Shown in pieces: positions 38,100 to 51,504 of a DNA stretch of 64,000 nt. The notes under the pieces were generated by a model. The model was not told where the DNA came from, ran no database searches, and was given only the letters and a program-made list of their open reading frames with translations. This DNA is from Guillardia theta CCMP2712 (lineage: Eukaryota > Protista > Cryptophyta): contig NW_005434648.1 in NCBI RefSeq assembly GCF_000315625.1, positions 283,561-347,560 of the forward strand, given 5' to 3'. Numbering within the stretch: the stretch's first letter is position 1; every line of letters starts with the position of its first letter. A program made the position numbers and the translations under genes.

Positions 38100-41000
38100 A
38101 CTCTACCGCCGCCGCCGCCGCCGCTCTCATTGCCTCGCTATCTTTGTCGTCGCCCTCGTCCTCGTCGCCATTACCCTTGTCTCCCCTTGGCTACATGCCC
38201 TTCTTCTTTCCCCCGCAGAATGCCTTGAGTACACGTTTGAATCTCCGCACGTCCCGCAAACAGACATCGGACAGCAACTCCCCCACCTGAACATGTTTGA
38301 TATGATTGACCACAGGAATCTGCAGCTCACAAATGTCTTGAGCTGGGTTTCTGTCGGGTTCTTGTGCTCTTGCGCCGCTGATTCCTGCCGTTCTTTCAAA
38401 ATGCGATCCTCCTCTTCTTCCTCCAGCTCCTCCTCTTCCTCCCCATCCCCCCCCCCCCCCCCCTCTCTCCTCCTTCCCTCTCTCATCTCCTGATTCTACA
38501 ACTGTAACTCACGATGATGACTCGAACTCCGTCCATGTCCGTGCGCACGCATGCGGCATGCAGCGACGCAGCGACGTCGATGACGTGGCTGGGGGGCATC
38601 TGACCATTCGCTGCCTCGAGCATGGCTTTGACAATGGCGTGCAAAGCTCCTCCGGCAATGAAAACCTCCTGCCCGATCGGTGGTAGATTCTTCTCCTTGT
38701 CTCCTGCAGGCATGAAATCACTTCCTCCTCCCTTCTTCGTCCTCCCTCTTCTTCCCTCCCTCCTCTTATTGCCCTCCATGCTCCTTCCTGCTTCATTTCC
38801 TTCTCTCCCCCGTCTTCTCCTCCTTGCCGCCCCCTCGCTCGCTCACCCAGAGCTGCAATGATGAGCTGGGAAGCGAGCTGAAGGGCCAGCCTTGCCGTAC
38901 TGCCGCTACTTCCCCTGAGGAAAGAGAGACAGCACTGGACAGTACGGGCGAGAGCAGGAGGGGAGACAAACTCTGCCAGCAGCAACCTTAGCCTTGGAAC
39001 GAGAATCGAGGAGCGGACCTGGTAGCCTGCACTCGGCGCAGGAGCAGAGGAGGGAGAGGAAAGCATCGATCGTGTGCTCCTCCACTGCTTGCCTCTTCTC
39101 GCCCTCCAGATCGACTAATACCCTGTCGCATAGCCGCGCTGCTGATGGTGCTGCTTGTTCCCGCAGGGACGGGAGAAAGTCGCGGAGCAGGAGGAGGAAA
39201 GTTCCTCCTTGGCCACGTTCGATGGCTAAGAGGAAGGCATGCTCCAGCAACGTCAAAGAATCGGCGATGCTTCCTTGATATGGATGTAAGCGAAAGAGAG
39301 GGGAGAGGGGAAGATGGAGGGAGGAGCGGAGAGCATTGAAAAGTGGAAGAGTGAAGAGGCTTCGTTGTGGGGGAGAATAAGGTCTCCAGTTGAATAAAAA
39401 TGAGAGAGATCCGAGATTCAGAGAATCCAATACAAGCAAGAGGAAGCACGGGAAGAGGGAGGGAGGGAGGGAGGGAGGGAGGGAGGACCGGAGGTCGAGC
39501 ATCGGGGAGAGGTATACCGGCTCTTCCTTGTTTGACGATACTTTTCATCACCTCTGCTGCTGCTTGACTCACCCCGAAACGAGTCTCCTCCTCTCGCACG
39601 GCCATGGTCGCTTCCAGCGCCTCTTTCATCTTCCCCATGACCGCCTCCTCTATCTCCTTCCTCCTCCCCAGGACCATGGGAAAGTGGTCACACACGATGG
39701 CGCATGCTCTCATGCTCCAAGCGAGGGCTGCCAAGGGCTCAGCGACCAGGAGGTTTCCTCCCTGTCTGCTCGAGATCTGCTGGAGGACTGCCCGGACGTT
39801 GCTGATGCTCTCCCCGAGGTCGTGGAGGAGGGGATGGAGCAGCTCTGCTATGCTCTCCTCCTGGGCGTGTGGGTCCTCTTGCCATCGGATGACAGCGACC
39901 AACCCACGCAGCAGCACGACGAGGGAAGGTTCCTGTTGATGCTCAGCTGGGGTACGGAAAGAGCGGACACAGGTACCTGACCCACTCTGAGCTCTGTTGG
40001 GCTTGGAGATGCGAGTTGTTTGTGCTTGTACATCTGCCACAATACACTTGAGGCAAGTTCACATCGCTCTCTCCTTGCTCGCTTCGTCCCCCGCCCCCCC
40101 TCTCCCCCGCGCTCTCTCGGCCATCCCCCGCCTGTAGCACCAGGAAGGCTTCGTTGGCTTGTCCGCTCCGGAGTACCATCGGCCCTGAGCTCTGTGCGAC
40201 CTTCATGAAGGCGACGCATCCTCCTCGAACTGTAGGGTAACGCGGAGACCGCATGGTCTGATAGACGATGTGGAGGAGTGAGGGCCAACCAACTGCCTGC
40301 TCCATCCCAGTCAGATGAAAGCGCGCCTCCACTTCATCCCACCTCCTCCTGCAGAGAGCTGCATAGCAAGCCCATCAGCCATGAACAAGTCTCGAGGAGG
40401 CGAGGGTGGACCGCAGCATGAAGCTCTAGCCCCACATGCGTCAGACCGGCTCTTCTTGTCCTCCGCTAGCCCCGCCATCCTCTTCCTCACCTTGCGTGCG
40501 ATGCAGGAGGAGAGAGACCCCCCGCACACACTCGTTAGCTGCCTCGTGCGAAGCTCCTCGACAGATGGCATGCAAGCTCTGAACGATCCCTTCTGCTTCC
40601 TCCCAAGGGCATGCCCGTGGACTCGACAAGCATCGGGCATGGAGAACTTGCAGACAAGTTGAGATGGCGAGGTCGCTGCCAATGATGACAGCTGCAACAG
40701 AAGAGATTCACGAGCAGGAACAGAACAAAGGAGAGTTCAAGAATGAAGTTCCAAAGGGAAAGGGAAGAAGCGGGGGAGTCGAAGGAGGTATCTGGAGACT
40801 TGTGGCTGTAGGGAAACTTGCCAATATCACGAAGAGCATCTGCGAGGTCCTCTCGCAGGCGGAGATGAGGATGACGAACAAGATCTGCTTCGCACGCTCC
40901 CCCGTATGTCTCTGCACCATCCCTCTCCATCTCTTCGCTCCAGCAGTCCTAGTCCGGTTGTCAAGGCACGTCGCCTCCCTCCCCCTCCCAACAAACCACT

Positions 41001-43002
41001 GGGAATGCGATCTTCGAGGAGATGACGGAGATTGTGCTGCAGCCTACCTCGCGCAAGGACAAGAGAAGGGCAGATCGAACCTGGGAAAAGCAGGGTGAGG
41101 GCAAGGAGGAGGATAGCGGCAACTTACAAGGGGCACACTTGCTTCCGATACTTCTCGGGCGGAGGACCAGGACGAGAGAGACTGCGAGAAGGTCTGCGTC
41201 GCATCTTCCTCCTGCGGAAAAATCATCCAGTCGGGAAGATTTCTCTCCATATCTTCAGCCAGCGCCTTCAATCAACAAGTCAGGAGATGACGTAGACTGT
41301 TCCAGCAAACACACTTTCATCAGCTCTGCACTGATCGCGAAGGATTCTTCATTCTTCAGCGATAAAAAGGTTGCGGCAGAGTGCACTAAGATGGTGATGA
41401 TCGAGCTTCGAACTTCGAACAAAGAGTGCGAAGAAGAAATTCCGTGTACGGCGGGAGGGGGGAGCATCAGTTGTAGCAGATGCAGGCAAAACTGTCGATT
41501 CTCCTCCTTGTACGGGCCATCCTGCGAGCGAAGACAACAGGTTAACTTGCGATGATATCATTTGTCCCTAGAGAACTCACGTTGTGATCCGAACAGACGT
41601 GCGAGACATAGGAACAGAGGAGGGAAATGGCCTGCAGTTAACCTTGTTGATGGCTGACAATCGGATGTTCAACAACGCTGACCTCGGAGATGAAGTCATG
41701 ATGGAAGCAGCAGCTGTGATGCACGTGCGGTGCTGTCGTTGAAGCCCGTGAGATGAGTAAGACAGGAGCTTCTCGAAGAATCTCCGAATGCTGAAACTGG
41801 AAACTTCCGCATCCATGTTCCAACCAGGCGTTGAGGGCTTGTATAACGCACAATCCAACAGAGGCGTCATCAATCGATCGAGATTCTCTCCACATCAGTG
41901 TGAGGTACTCTGCAATTTGGGAGAAGGATTGCTTCAGACAGTTTGAAACGTCCTGCCTTCGTTGAGGATGTATACTGCTTTCGTCTCATTGCACATTTAC
42001 ACAAACGGTACCTTGTCACCTCAAATGTCTACTAGAAACTTCCTCCTGCACTAGAACACATCAGAAAAACTCACTAGATGACAAGAGAGACCGGCAAAAC
42101 CCGTATCGTTTCCTGTCAGTTCACATCATCAGCACAAAACAGGGGGAGGGTTCAAGAGGTACAAGCATCGCCATGTTCGCGGCTGCGAAGGAAAGCGCAA
42201 GATCCTTGACTACCTGCAGGAACAGCGTGTGATGGCCTACAGAGCATCATGGCATCCAACCATCTTCGTCTCCCAGCTCTCCATCTTGCAGACCAGAACA
42301 GCTACGGCAGAGCATATTTGCGTCAGAATCGTTCTTCCGCTCGGCTCATGGGACCATCGCGCTGTTGTATAAGGCAAGGAACTTGTCAAGACAAACAGGA
42401 TTGATAAAAACTGGACCTGCTAGTGCAATCAGCACATTCCTCGCCTCTTCCCAACGATCTGCCGTCATCACTTCATGACTTTTCTGCACTCTGTCTCATT
42501 CACCAGCATGGCCAACCAAGGATTGTCACCTGCTTTCTCTCTGCCTTGGACACGCTACACCGCAATCGCACATGCAGCGCTCTTTCAACGCATCTCAGTC
42601 ACCGTCCACCATCCAGCCATTCACCTGGCGCAGAACAGATGTTCGTAGCTGGTTGCTGTTGGCAGTTTCAGAAGCGCTATGGAGAGGTCCCAGCATTCTT
42701 GACTGTAGAGGAACTCCTACATATACATGGGAGCGCAAGTCAGAAGTCAATGTATGCATGCATAATCACCACCTGGAGGAACTTGTCTGCCGAGTTTCTC
42801 TCCGCTGCATCCGCTGCATGCGATCGGATCAGGGGTCGGAAGGCAACCAACGGATAAGGCTCACCGCAAGTGTACATGGAGGCGAGGGCATGCCTCAGTC
42901 GATCTATCTCCGCCGACATGGCTGGTACAGCTACCTCCCTCTCCAGACTACCGAGGCTCTCCCCGCCTCCTTCCCGTTGCCCCCGTTCCACCCCATCGCC
43001 AT
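38100..43002 (-). CDS. large multi-exon hypothetical protein, Leu/Ala-rich helical (ARM/HEAT-like); ends approximate
   Basis: Continuous chain of minus-strand ORF segments from 42740-42991 down to 38127-38486 with short intron-like gaps; family not recognised. Confidence 0.55.
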
Positions 43003-44405
43003 GATGATGCTGTGTTGACTTTACTGACTGGTTGGACTAGCCTCAGTGTCCGCCAGTGTCCGGGCTCAGCGGACCCGGCGGCCCGGCCCTTCAAAACCTT
43101 TGCCTTCCGCCTGGCTTTTTCAAGGAGGTAAGAACTTATTCACAGTGCTGCCTTCATGACGGCTAATTGTTGGCGTTGAGGCAGACTGGGAAAATCTAGT
43201 TGGTTGTAAAGATTCGTGGCTAACATGTGCCAGTCTGCCTAGGAACAAGATTTATAGATACGGGGGGCAGAGAGGGAGGCCGTGGGGGTGCTTTTACTGG
43301 GGATTGACTCTGATGAAGCGCAAACGCCTGTCGTTTCAAAAGGCGCTAGCAATCCCCAACAACTTTACTCAAGTCCTGGGGGTCCTCCCGTGCCAGTACA
43401 CTGCGACTCTCTGCCGATCGGAAGGGGGTTTAAAAGAAGGTTGTAGAGCATCAGATAGAGGCTACGGTTAAAAGGGGGTTTGTACCAAGATGACACGGGA
43501 TTGTAATTTTAAAACTCTAAATGCTGTCAGAGATCAAGTGGAGATGCAGAAAAAAGAGGAGGAAAGCGGTCTAGCGAGGAAAAGCTCATAATTCTGTTTT
43601 AAACGGGATGTTCATAGCGTATTCCTGTACAACCTTTCAGCCTCAATGAGCTTAAAATTTAACTCAATTCCTGCAGTGGAGCTCCCCCACCCCTTCACAT
43701 CTCTGACCAATTTCAATCTCCCACCCCACCACCCTAGAAGTACTTTTAGACCACCCCCTTGTGCGAAGCATTGTGGTATGTTGACTATTTGCATCTCAAG
43801 ATTTAGGAACTTGACAAAGAAATACCCCAAACCCACTCGTTTGATACTTTGGGCAACCCCCGATTCTGGCAAAATCACATCTTTTCGGATCTATGGGGTG
43901 GATCCGATCTGCCCCCTTCGAGGTAAGTAACGTGACCATCGAAGCTGTCGCCACGTTAGTCATGGTCCCCGCACGGCCATCAACAACTCCGAATCTAGGA
44001 GGTGAGGGTACACCTGCTGTTCTTCGAGAGGTGGACAGGGTGGGTACTAATATCAGGACATCCGGGGTAATTTTCGGTTCTTTTCGAATAGGGGGTGGGT
44101 GGGTCGTTGGATACCCATACGAAGGTCAACTGAGGCCACAGTCAAACAGGACGCAATTACGAGGGAAGGAGTAAAATTGGTGGGTGGGGTGGTTGTGTTT
44201 TGAAGACTACCCCCCTGGAAAGTTGCTCAAGGTACCCCCAAAATGTGTCGAAGGGACAGTGGGGTGGTGGGGTCTGTAAGACCAAAGATTGTGGGGTGAT
44301 AAATAATAAATCGATTTTTTAAGTCTCTCTAGGACTGGGGGGTAGGGGTAAGGGGGTAGGAAGAGAGGAATAAAGAAGGGTGAAGCGCGGAGGTGCCGTA
44401 TCAAC

Positions 44406-44959
44406 ATGTCCTCCCTCGCAAACCTTCACTCGCGCACTGCTAGGATCTTTCCGCGCAGGAAGAGGAAAGGGCCCAACCCTTCTGCTCGGACGTGCTCCGA
44501 GGTCACTCTCACCACAGCCAATATCATCGACATGTTCCATTTGCGACAATCGGAAGCGGCCGAGAAGCTGGTAAGAGTTCACCCTTGCAAATGCCCCTCG
44601 TGTGTCCTGACGAGCAGCGTTTTCAGGGGCTCTCGTTGACGGCGTTTCGTGCTGCATGCCGGCATGTGGGGGTAAACAAATGGCCATATGCTCGCTCGAG
44701 ATCGAAATCGCATTCCGGTTCAGAAGGGAATGATAGTGAAAGCAAGGCCAACAGCGATAATGAAAACATAGATGAATTTGCAAAGCGAAGAGACACATCG
44801 AATCAATCCAGCAATGTGATCAAGAATCATATAGATCCTGAAGGCTCGTTGGAATTGCATTTTCGTTGGAGCGATAGAGTGGTGTTCAGCCCGGAATTAG
44901 ATTCTTTGATGAACGAAGCGTTGGATCACGTGGAATTGAATTTGACATGCACCAATTAG
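44406..44959 (+). CDS. RWP-RK domain transcription factor
   Basis: IFPRRK..VTLTTANIIDMFHLRQSEAAEKL|GLSLTAFRAACRHVGVNKWPY; one intron from 44571 to about 44625. Confidence 0.88.
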
Positions 44960-45759
44960 TGCAAACCAAGGAGATCATGCTCCGTACCCTCTTCCTGTCT
45001 GAGTCAAGGATGTCATGTGAAGATTTTAAGTTTCGAACCTCGTCCGGTGAGGATAGGGTGTAGAATGAGGCGAATGCGCTTTGTAAATTAGTTCGTAGTT
45101 TTTGTTGTTTTCCAATGAATGAGTAACAATTGTCTCAGAATGATTGTACTGATCATACCTCGCATCCTCACAAGAGTGAAAGAAAATGAAAGTGACAAGG
45201 TGGCATAATATCCCCTTTGCAGCTAAATGCTCTCTGTGTGTGGAGCGGAAAAGGTGGATTTCTTGAACGGGCATTGGAAGCATTGTTGTCGTGGTTGATC
45301 GCAGTTGAGCCTTATTGGAACACTTGTTACAATACATTTGTTACAATATAAATGCGCCAATCGGAGGATCTCAAGAAAACGGATCCTCCTCAGAGTGCAA
45401 ATCAGCAATGTCGAGCCTCGGAGGAGCGTCACAACAGTTCTAGGCATAATTATACAACACAGGTGGTTCAAGAACAGCGACCGTACATCTTCACATTGTG
45501 AATGCCATCCCTTGTCCTATAGAGTAGGTTCGCCTAACTATGTTTTGCTCACACTCATATGGACATGTTGATTGGATCATACCGATGATTGAAAACCATC
45601 TTGCTCAGAATGCCATGCCACGGACAGCAGTCGCCGTGATAACTCACAGTGATTTAGCCGCTAGTGTCACCCGCTGTGTGCCAGTAGCCTAGTACCCTTC
45701 ACGCCATAGAAGCTGTAAGTAAGGGCAGCCTTATCGCGCCCCCGACTGAAATTCAGCAC

Positions 45760-46690
45760 TCAACCACTGTCTGGACGGGCTTCCGGCCCTCCGCCACGGT
45801 GACCTGACTCCGCCGCGACGGGCGGCCTTCCCCGCTGGGATCGACTACTCGGTGGCCCGGTGGCGGGCAGCTCGGCCTGGTCGGCGGGGATCATGCGGCT
45901 GCAGTAAACGAGCGGCGTCGCCGGACCTCCGATGGACTCGATCGGGCGGACTCGGGCCGGGCGCGGCAATATGCCTCGTCGTCGCGACTGCCAGCAACGC
46001 CGAGTCTCCCTGATCAGCGACCAGCGGCAGAGCTACACTGACTCGGAGTCCTGAGCGTGATCCCGGGCTTGCAGAGGGCCGTGCTGGCCACGGCGACGTC
46101 TGTGTGACAGCCTGGCAGCATCGAGGAGGTGGTGCTCCGACGACCGCGGCCCGGTCTGCCTGCACTGCGGCGGCGTCCGGCTCGACACACGGCTGAGTGC
46201 CACACGCAGCGCTTCAAGGCTTCGCGAAGGAGGTGGCTCTCAAGTCGTCGGCCTACCGTACAGCACTGATCGCGGCGAACGGTGCCACGGTGCGCGCCGC
46301 CGGGCCCGGCCCCAGGGCCGGCCGGGGCACCAACCAAGTTCGAGACGCCGGTGGTAGCCGACTCGCCGTCGTCTGCCGCACTGCGGCAGTCGGTGGCACT
46401 CCGCGGCCGGGCCTCGCCGAGTCGGGCCCCGGCCCGTCCGCTGCTCCGCGGCGTGCGGCGCTCAGGCAGTCCGACTCCCGCTTCCCGACCGTACGGCGTA
46501 CCGTACCTCGGACCGTTCCGACGGCGGCGGGCAGCGCATCAGCACTGAGTCTTTACTCAAAGTTGAGTAGTAGCCTACTCTGCGAGTCTGAGTAGTACTA
46601 GTTACCTAACTTAACTTTGAGTAAACTAGTCGGCAGACAGTACGGTCTCGGGCCGCGACTCGCCCGCGGCCGCCGCCGAAAAGTTGCTAC
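45760..46690. promoter_or_regulatory. ~0.9 kb GC/CpG-rich intergenic island
   Basis: Very high GC with CCGG/GGCC, GACTC/GAGTC and CGTACGG motifs; only low-complexity ORFs. Function inferred. Confidence 0.4.
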
Positions 46691-46841
46691 TAAAGGCCCG
46701 ACCCCTTTACCGAAGGCAGTCACAACAGACTTTGTTCCATGGCAGTGGGCGGGCGCAACTTGAGCTTGTGCTGAGGGGATGGGGGAGGAGGACTGTACAA
46801 CTGTTGGCGCTGGAGGAGGAGACAGGGAGAGAAGAAATAGG

Positions 46842-48866
46842 ATGGAGGAGATGTAAGGAGTGATGATTAGCTGGATCTCGAGCGTGAGGAAGGGGTATAG
46901 CAAGTGGGACCAGAAGAGTCCTTTCGAGGTCTCAGATGAAGCAAGGAGAATCATCAAGAGAGTCGGAAGCATCGCTGTTTTCCTCGGCATCCTCTCCATC
47001 ATCATCGTTCCATTGTTGGTAAGCTCGCGTGAATTGTTGGTCTTTTGAGAAAGGGGTGGACAACGAAGTACGGATGGCGAGAGGAAGGGGGAGTTGTGCT
47101 GAATTGGGAAGTGAGGGGGGCAGGCAGAGAAAGGGAGGGAGGGAAGGAGGGAGTTAGAGTGATTGCGAGCCAATTTGCTTCCAGGTTTCCAAGACAAACC
47201 AAGATCCCTGCAAAGTCTGGACGGAAGTCCAGGACCTGCTGGCCGAGCGGGACAACATTACGGTAGTCATAGGCAACGGAAGAGGGAATCAATTCATCTT
47301 CTCAAGAGGTAGGTGTACTGCAAGCGAGATGCTTACTCATGTGTTGCTGCTCGCACAGGCAAGAGGTCGACAGCGGCATCGGTCCCTCTGCCGGTGGCGA
47401 GTGCGAGCAAGTGGATTACCGGTGAGTGGTTCACATTTCGCGTGCCCTGAAGGAGTGCATGACGTCTGGATCAGCGACCGTCATCATGAAACTTGTGGAC
47501 AAGGGAGACCTGTCGCTGGAAGACAGGCCCTCCAAGTACCTCAGCTTCTGGAAGGCAAACGACACGAGGGGACAAGTGGGGCTCTGGCATCTGCTCTCCT
47601 TCACCAGTGGTGATGGTGAGCATGAGAGGGAGGAACGCGCTGACATGTGCCAGGGCTGGTGGAGGGAGGTTCTCTCAGATGCTCCTACGGGACCAACGAT
47701 GTTGTTGCGTGTGCCAGAGAGATCTATGAAGCCAACTCAAACATGACCAACGCTCCGGGCGAGTCCTTCTACTACTCCGGGAATCACCTGGTGGTTGCGG
47801 TAGCCATGGCGGAGACAAGGACAGGGAGGTTGGAGGCCAAGTCTGAAGGAACTTCTGCTGACACCACACGCAGAACTCTAAACCAACTTCTCCAAGCCCT
47901 TGTGATTGAGGAACTTCACTTGCAAGAGAGCGTCCATTTCTCCTTGAAGCCACCAGGGTATCTTTCATATGCTCTCATGATTGTTTCTTCGTTTCTCCCA
48001 CTTTGCAATCTCTCACTCTACTCACGCCCAATCAGTTTGAACCCAAGTGGGAGTCTGGTCATTTCTGCTATCGATTATGGAATTTTCTTACGGTGAGGAA
48101 ATCCCTTCAAGGATTTGCTCACTGAGAATCGAATCGATAGTGCAATGCTAACAAAGCAAGAAACGTTTCTCTCCCCACAAGCTTACGCCCAGCTGCTGGC
48201 TCCCTTCACCAGTGCTGCACCAAGTTTCTTCCAGAAGCTCCACTGAATTTCGTGCTCCTGTGCAGGGAATGCCAAAAAGATATCCACACTTGCTCCTTAC
48301 ACTCAAGGGCGAGAGTGGGAGTACGGGCTCGGGTCATAAAAATCTTGCCTTCTTCACGTTGTGCTTTTGATTCCACATGCAGACATTGGGTCGAATGCTT
48401 CAACAAGATGAGTTGTGACGCGTCGAACATCGTGTGCCCCAACAGCTCGATTCAGGTGGCTCGAAAGCTTCCCAGGGCTGCGTAGAGTGATGTCTCCTTT
48501 GCCTTCAGTCATCCTTGGGTGCATTTGGATTCTATCCTGTCCTTGAGGCTGCGATTAAGGTACGTGACCTTGACCTCTCCCTCTCGTTCCTCGCTCCTGT
48601 CTTCCTGGATTGATTGACAATACCGAAGGTCTCTGATCTCAACGATCATTACGTCATCATCTCGCCACAAGTGCCAACATCTGATTTCTCGAAGAATTAC
48701 ATGCTGCCGTCTGTCCTCCTCCATGAGCAGGTTTGAATCTTTCGATCTCGAGAGTCCTATAGCCTTTTGACGTCCGTTGAAGGTCCGGTCAAAGATAAGA
48801 GAGGCCATTTCTTCGTTGCATAGGAGCAATAAGAGAAATTCGGTCTGTGAACGAAGACTGGATTGA
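46842..48866 (+). CDS. beta-lactamase/transpeptidase-fold serine hydrolase with an N-terminal membrane anchor
   Basis: TM IAVFLGILSIIIVPLL; ASASKW (SxxK); LVDKGDLSLED; HLLSFTSG; PGESFYYSG; NPSGSLVISAIDYGIFL; SSLGAFGFYP; multi-exon. Confidence 0.8.
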
Positions 48867-48872
48867 AATTTT

Positions 48873-50468
48873 TCATGTATCATCCTCGCTCGAAGGATCC
48901 TCTGGTATTGTTAAGTTGGCCTTCAGGAAGTCTGGTATACTTCCTTTTCCTTGATACTTGTAAAATTCAGCCCTCATAAGAGAATCTCTAATAGTCGAAA
49001 ATTATGAGTAAAAAGCACGGAAATGATTGGATAAATGAGAACTTACTCTAAATCATCGATCATTCGATGTATTTCTCTCATCTCCTGCAGATATTGAGTC
49101 AATGAAAAATATTTAGCAAGATTTCTGAAACCCGGTTAAAGACCAGCTGAGATGCATACACTGGCTGATCTGATGTGGCAATCTTTTCAAGCTCCTTGAG
49201 ATGTTGAAGTTCGATGTCAAGGACCGTCGGCTCAGGGTTGATCTTCCTCGCAGTCTTCTGTTTTAGCCTGCAGGGCAAAATGATCTTCTTGAAAGTAGAT
49301 GCAGGCCGACGAGAAATACCAAACTTTCTTCAGCCAAAAGAAAGTTGTCCGCTCCCGATTCTCCACATGAAACCGACTGAAGTTCAAAGGTACATGGAAT
49401 GTTATCCAAATCACCATTATACCACCAGAACAAATATAAAGAGGGAGGAAGACTAAAGGACAATTTGATTTCACCTTGGATAATACTCAAGAACTCTCGA
49501 AATCGAAGGACAACGAGGGAATCTGTTCACAATTAGATGTCCAAATGTGAACAAGCCGATAGAAGATACTTGGATTTCAGGAAATCTTTCATTGGTTCAT
49601 CAGGATAGTTCTGTTTCCAGACTTTTCCTAGTCGTGTTTGTACAGCCTTCCCTCCACACTAGAGGAATATTCCAGATGGCAAGAGAACAACAAAAGATCG
49701 TTTCAAAATACAACGATTCCACCTTTAAAGAATACCTCAACCAGGATCTTCTCCACCTTTCTGATAAATTTGAGAGCTTCTTTGTCTTTTACATCGAATT
49801 TAGCTTCAGATCTGAGTGATTCAAACTCATCTCTTTCCTTGATAAATTTGTCTGTGATAATCATATGTCAAGAATAAGGTTAATATCGACGACAGCAAGG
49901 GAATCACCAATTTGTACTTCCAACGAGTCAAGGTAATCATTGATCTCCTTCATCAATGGATCTGAGAAGTTGAATGACAGCTCCTTGACTTTTCTACGAT
50001 ACTCCTCGACCTCCTCTGCTTGTGAAGGCTTTCCCACTTTCGATTTCTTTCTGAGCAATTCCTTGCCTGCACGATAAAACCTCAGTGAATTGGGATGCCG
50101 TTGAAAGCAAAACCTGAATCCTCTGATGTTGTGGCATTTTTCACCTTTGATGCAGTTATTTGTTGTGCCCTTTTCATCAGCGGGTTTTCTGACAGCGATG
50201 TGGCAAACTGAAACCTCTGTCCTGTTCTCTCAGAACCTGTTGCCTTGCTCTGCTCTTTCTTCATGCAAATGATATCAACAAGCTTGCTCGTTCGCTTGTT
50301 AAACTTGCCATGCAGAAGAAGGAGCGACGTGATTGGAGGTGCGAAGCCCACAGCAGGAAATGCAGCAACCCCGTGGGAATAGATAGAGCAGCGTTCCACG
50401 ACGCATGCGAGGATCAGACAAGACAGGGCAAGGCGAACAAGTTGAGGAGGAAGAGGGCGCGGAACCAT
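48873..50468 (-). CDS. hypothetical helical/coiled-coil protein with a putative bipartite plastid-targeting peptide
   Basis: Signal-like LALSCLILACVV..GVAA-FPAVGFAP, then charged helical exons; last exon AEFYKYQGKG...SEDDT*. Confidence 0.6.
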
Positions 50469-51504
50469 GAGCAGCCTCCAGGCGCCTCTCTATTCACCTC
50501 TCCTCTTTCATCCCTGTCCCTCGGCCCCGTTCCCTTCCCTCCTCCTCGTTCCTCTCCTTCTCGTTTCATGCATGGCTCTGAATGCGACCAGTCACCTTCC
50601 CTTCATGAGTGATAACCCTGCCCTGCCAACTCCCCCCGTCCCACCCCACCCCACCCCACCCCACCCCTCAAAATCAGACTACCCCACCCCGCAATATCAG
50701 ACTACCCCATCCCCACTTCACAGCAACCCCCATGTAGCAGTCCAACCCCAAGGATTCCTGATAAACTGACCCCTGCACCGAGCTCAGCCCTGGACCCCTA
50801 CTAGACTCATGATAGGACCCCTTACTCCAGCCCCTGTGAGGGACCCCTGGCTCAGGACCCCCTGCAGGACCAGCTGCAGGACCCCCACCCGAATAAACAC
50901 GAGTGGGGATGAGGGACAAGGGGAAGTGGTCAGGGTCGTCAAGCAGGAACTGCAGTCTAGCTGAGACAAGAATGCTGAAGCGGCGGGGGGGAGGGAAGGA
51001 GGAAGAGGGCGGGGGCGGAGGAGACGGGGATGTGTGTTCATGAGGAACAGGGATGAGAGGAGAGGAAGCATGAGGAGGACAGGAATGAAAGAAGACGGTA
51101 GTGGGGGGGAGGTATTACCGGGGAAAATAGGTGGAAACAGGTCATTTTTTGTAAAGCAGTAGCTAATCGAGATATTCGGGAAGGCAGAAGAGAGAATTTG
51201 GAATTAAGAGAGGTGGTAGAAAGGATGAAGAAGCAAGAAACCCAATGAAAAGAGGGCAGCAAGCTTATAGGACGGGGGGCTGCAGCATGAAAGTGCGAAG
51301 AAGGTGAGGAGCGGGACACAGTGCATTGAGTTCTCAATTACAACATAGTAAAGAAATATTAAACGCGAAGAGACCAATGGAATATGTTGACTTGAGAAAA
51401 TGCAACAAGGATGATGCCTTGTAGTCTTTATCAATCCATCTGAACCTAACCAGATCATGAGGTTGAAGAATCGTTTTATGTATAGACTGACATAATGGAT
51501 GCAG

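Noticed and set aside
45760-46690. GC-rich ORFs, or an rRNA/ncRNA interpretation of the island
   Set aside because: ORFs are Arg/Ala/Pro/Gly low-complexity in all frames, and no conserved rRNA or tRNA motifs were seen.
46842-48866. Beta-lactamase-fold and MBL-fold genes as antibiotic resistance or recent HGT
   Set aside because: This gene is intron-rich and membrane-anchored, and the MBL gene has NAPE-PLD motifs; both folds are common eukaryotic hydrolases.
48509-48883. 124-aa minus-strand ORF
   Set aside because: Lies antisense to the final exons of the beta-lactamase-fold gene, which carry the family motif SSLGAFGFYP.
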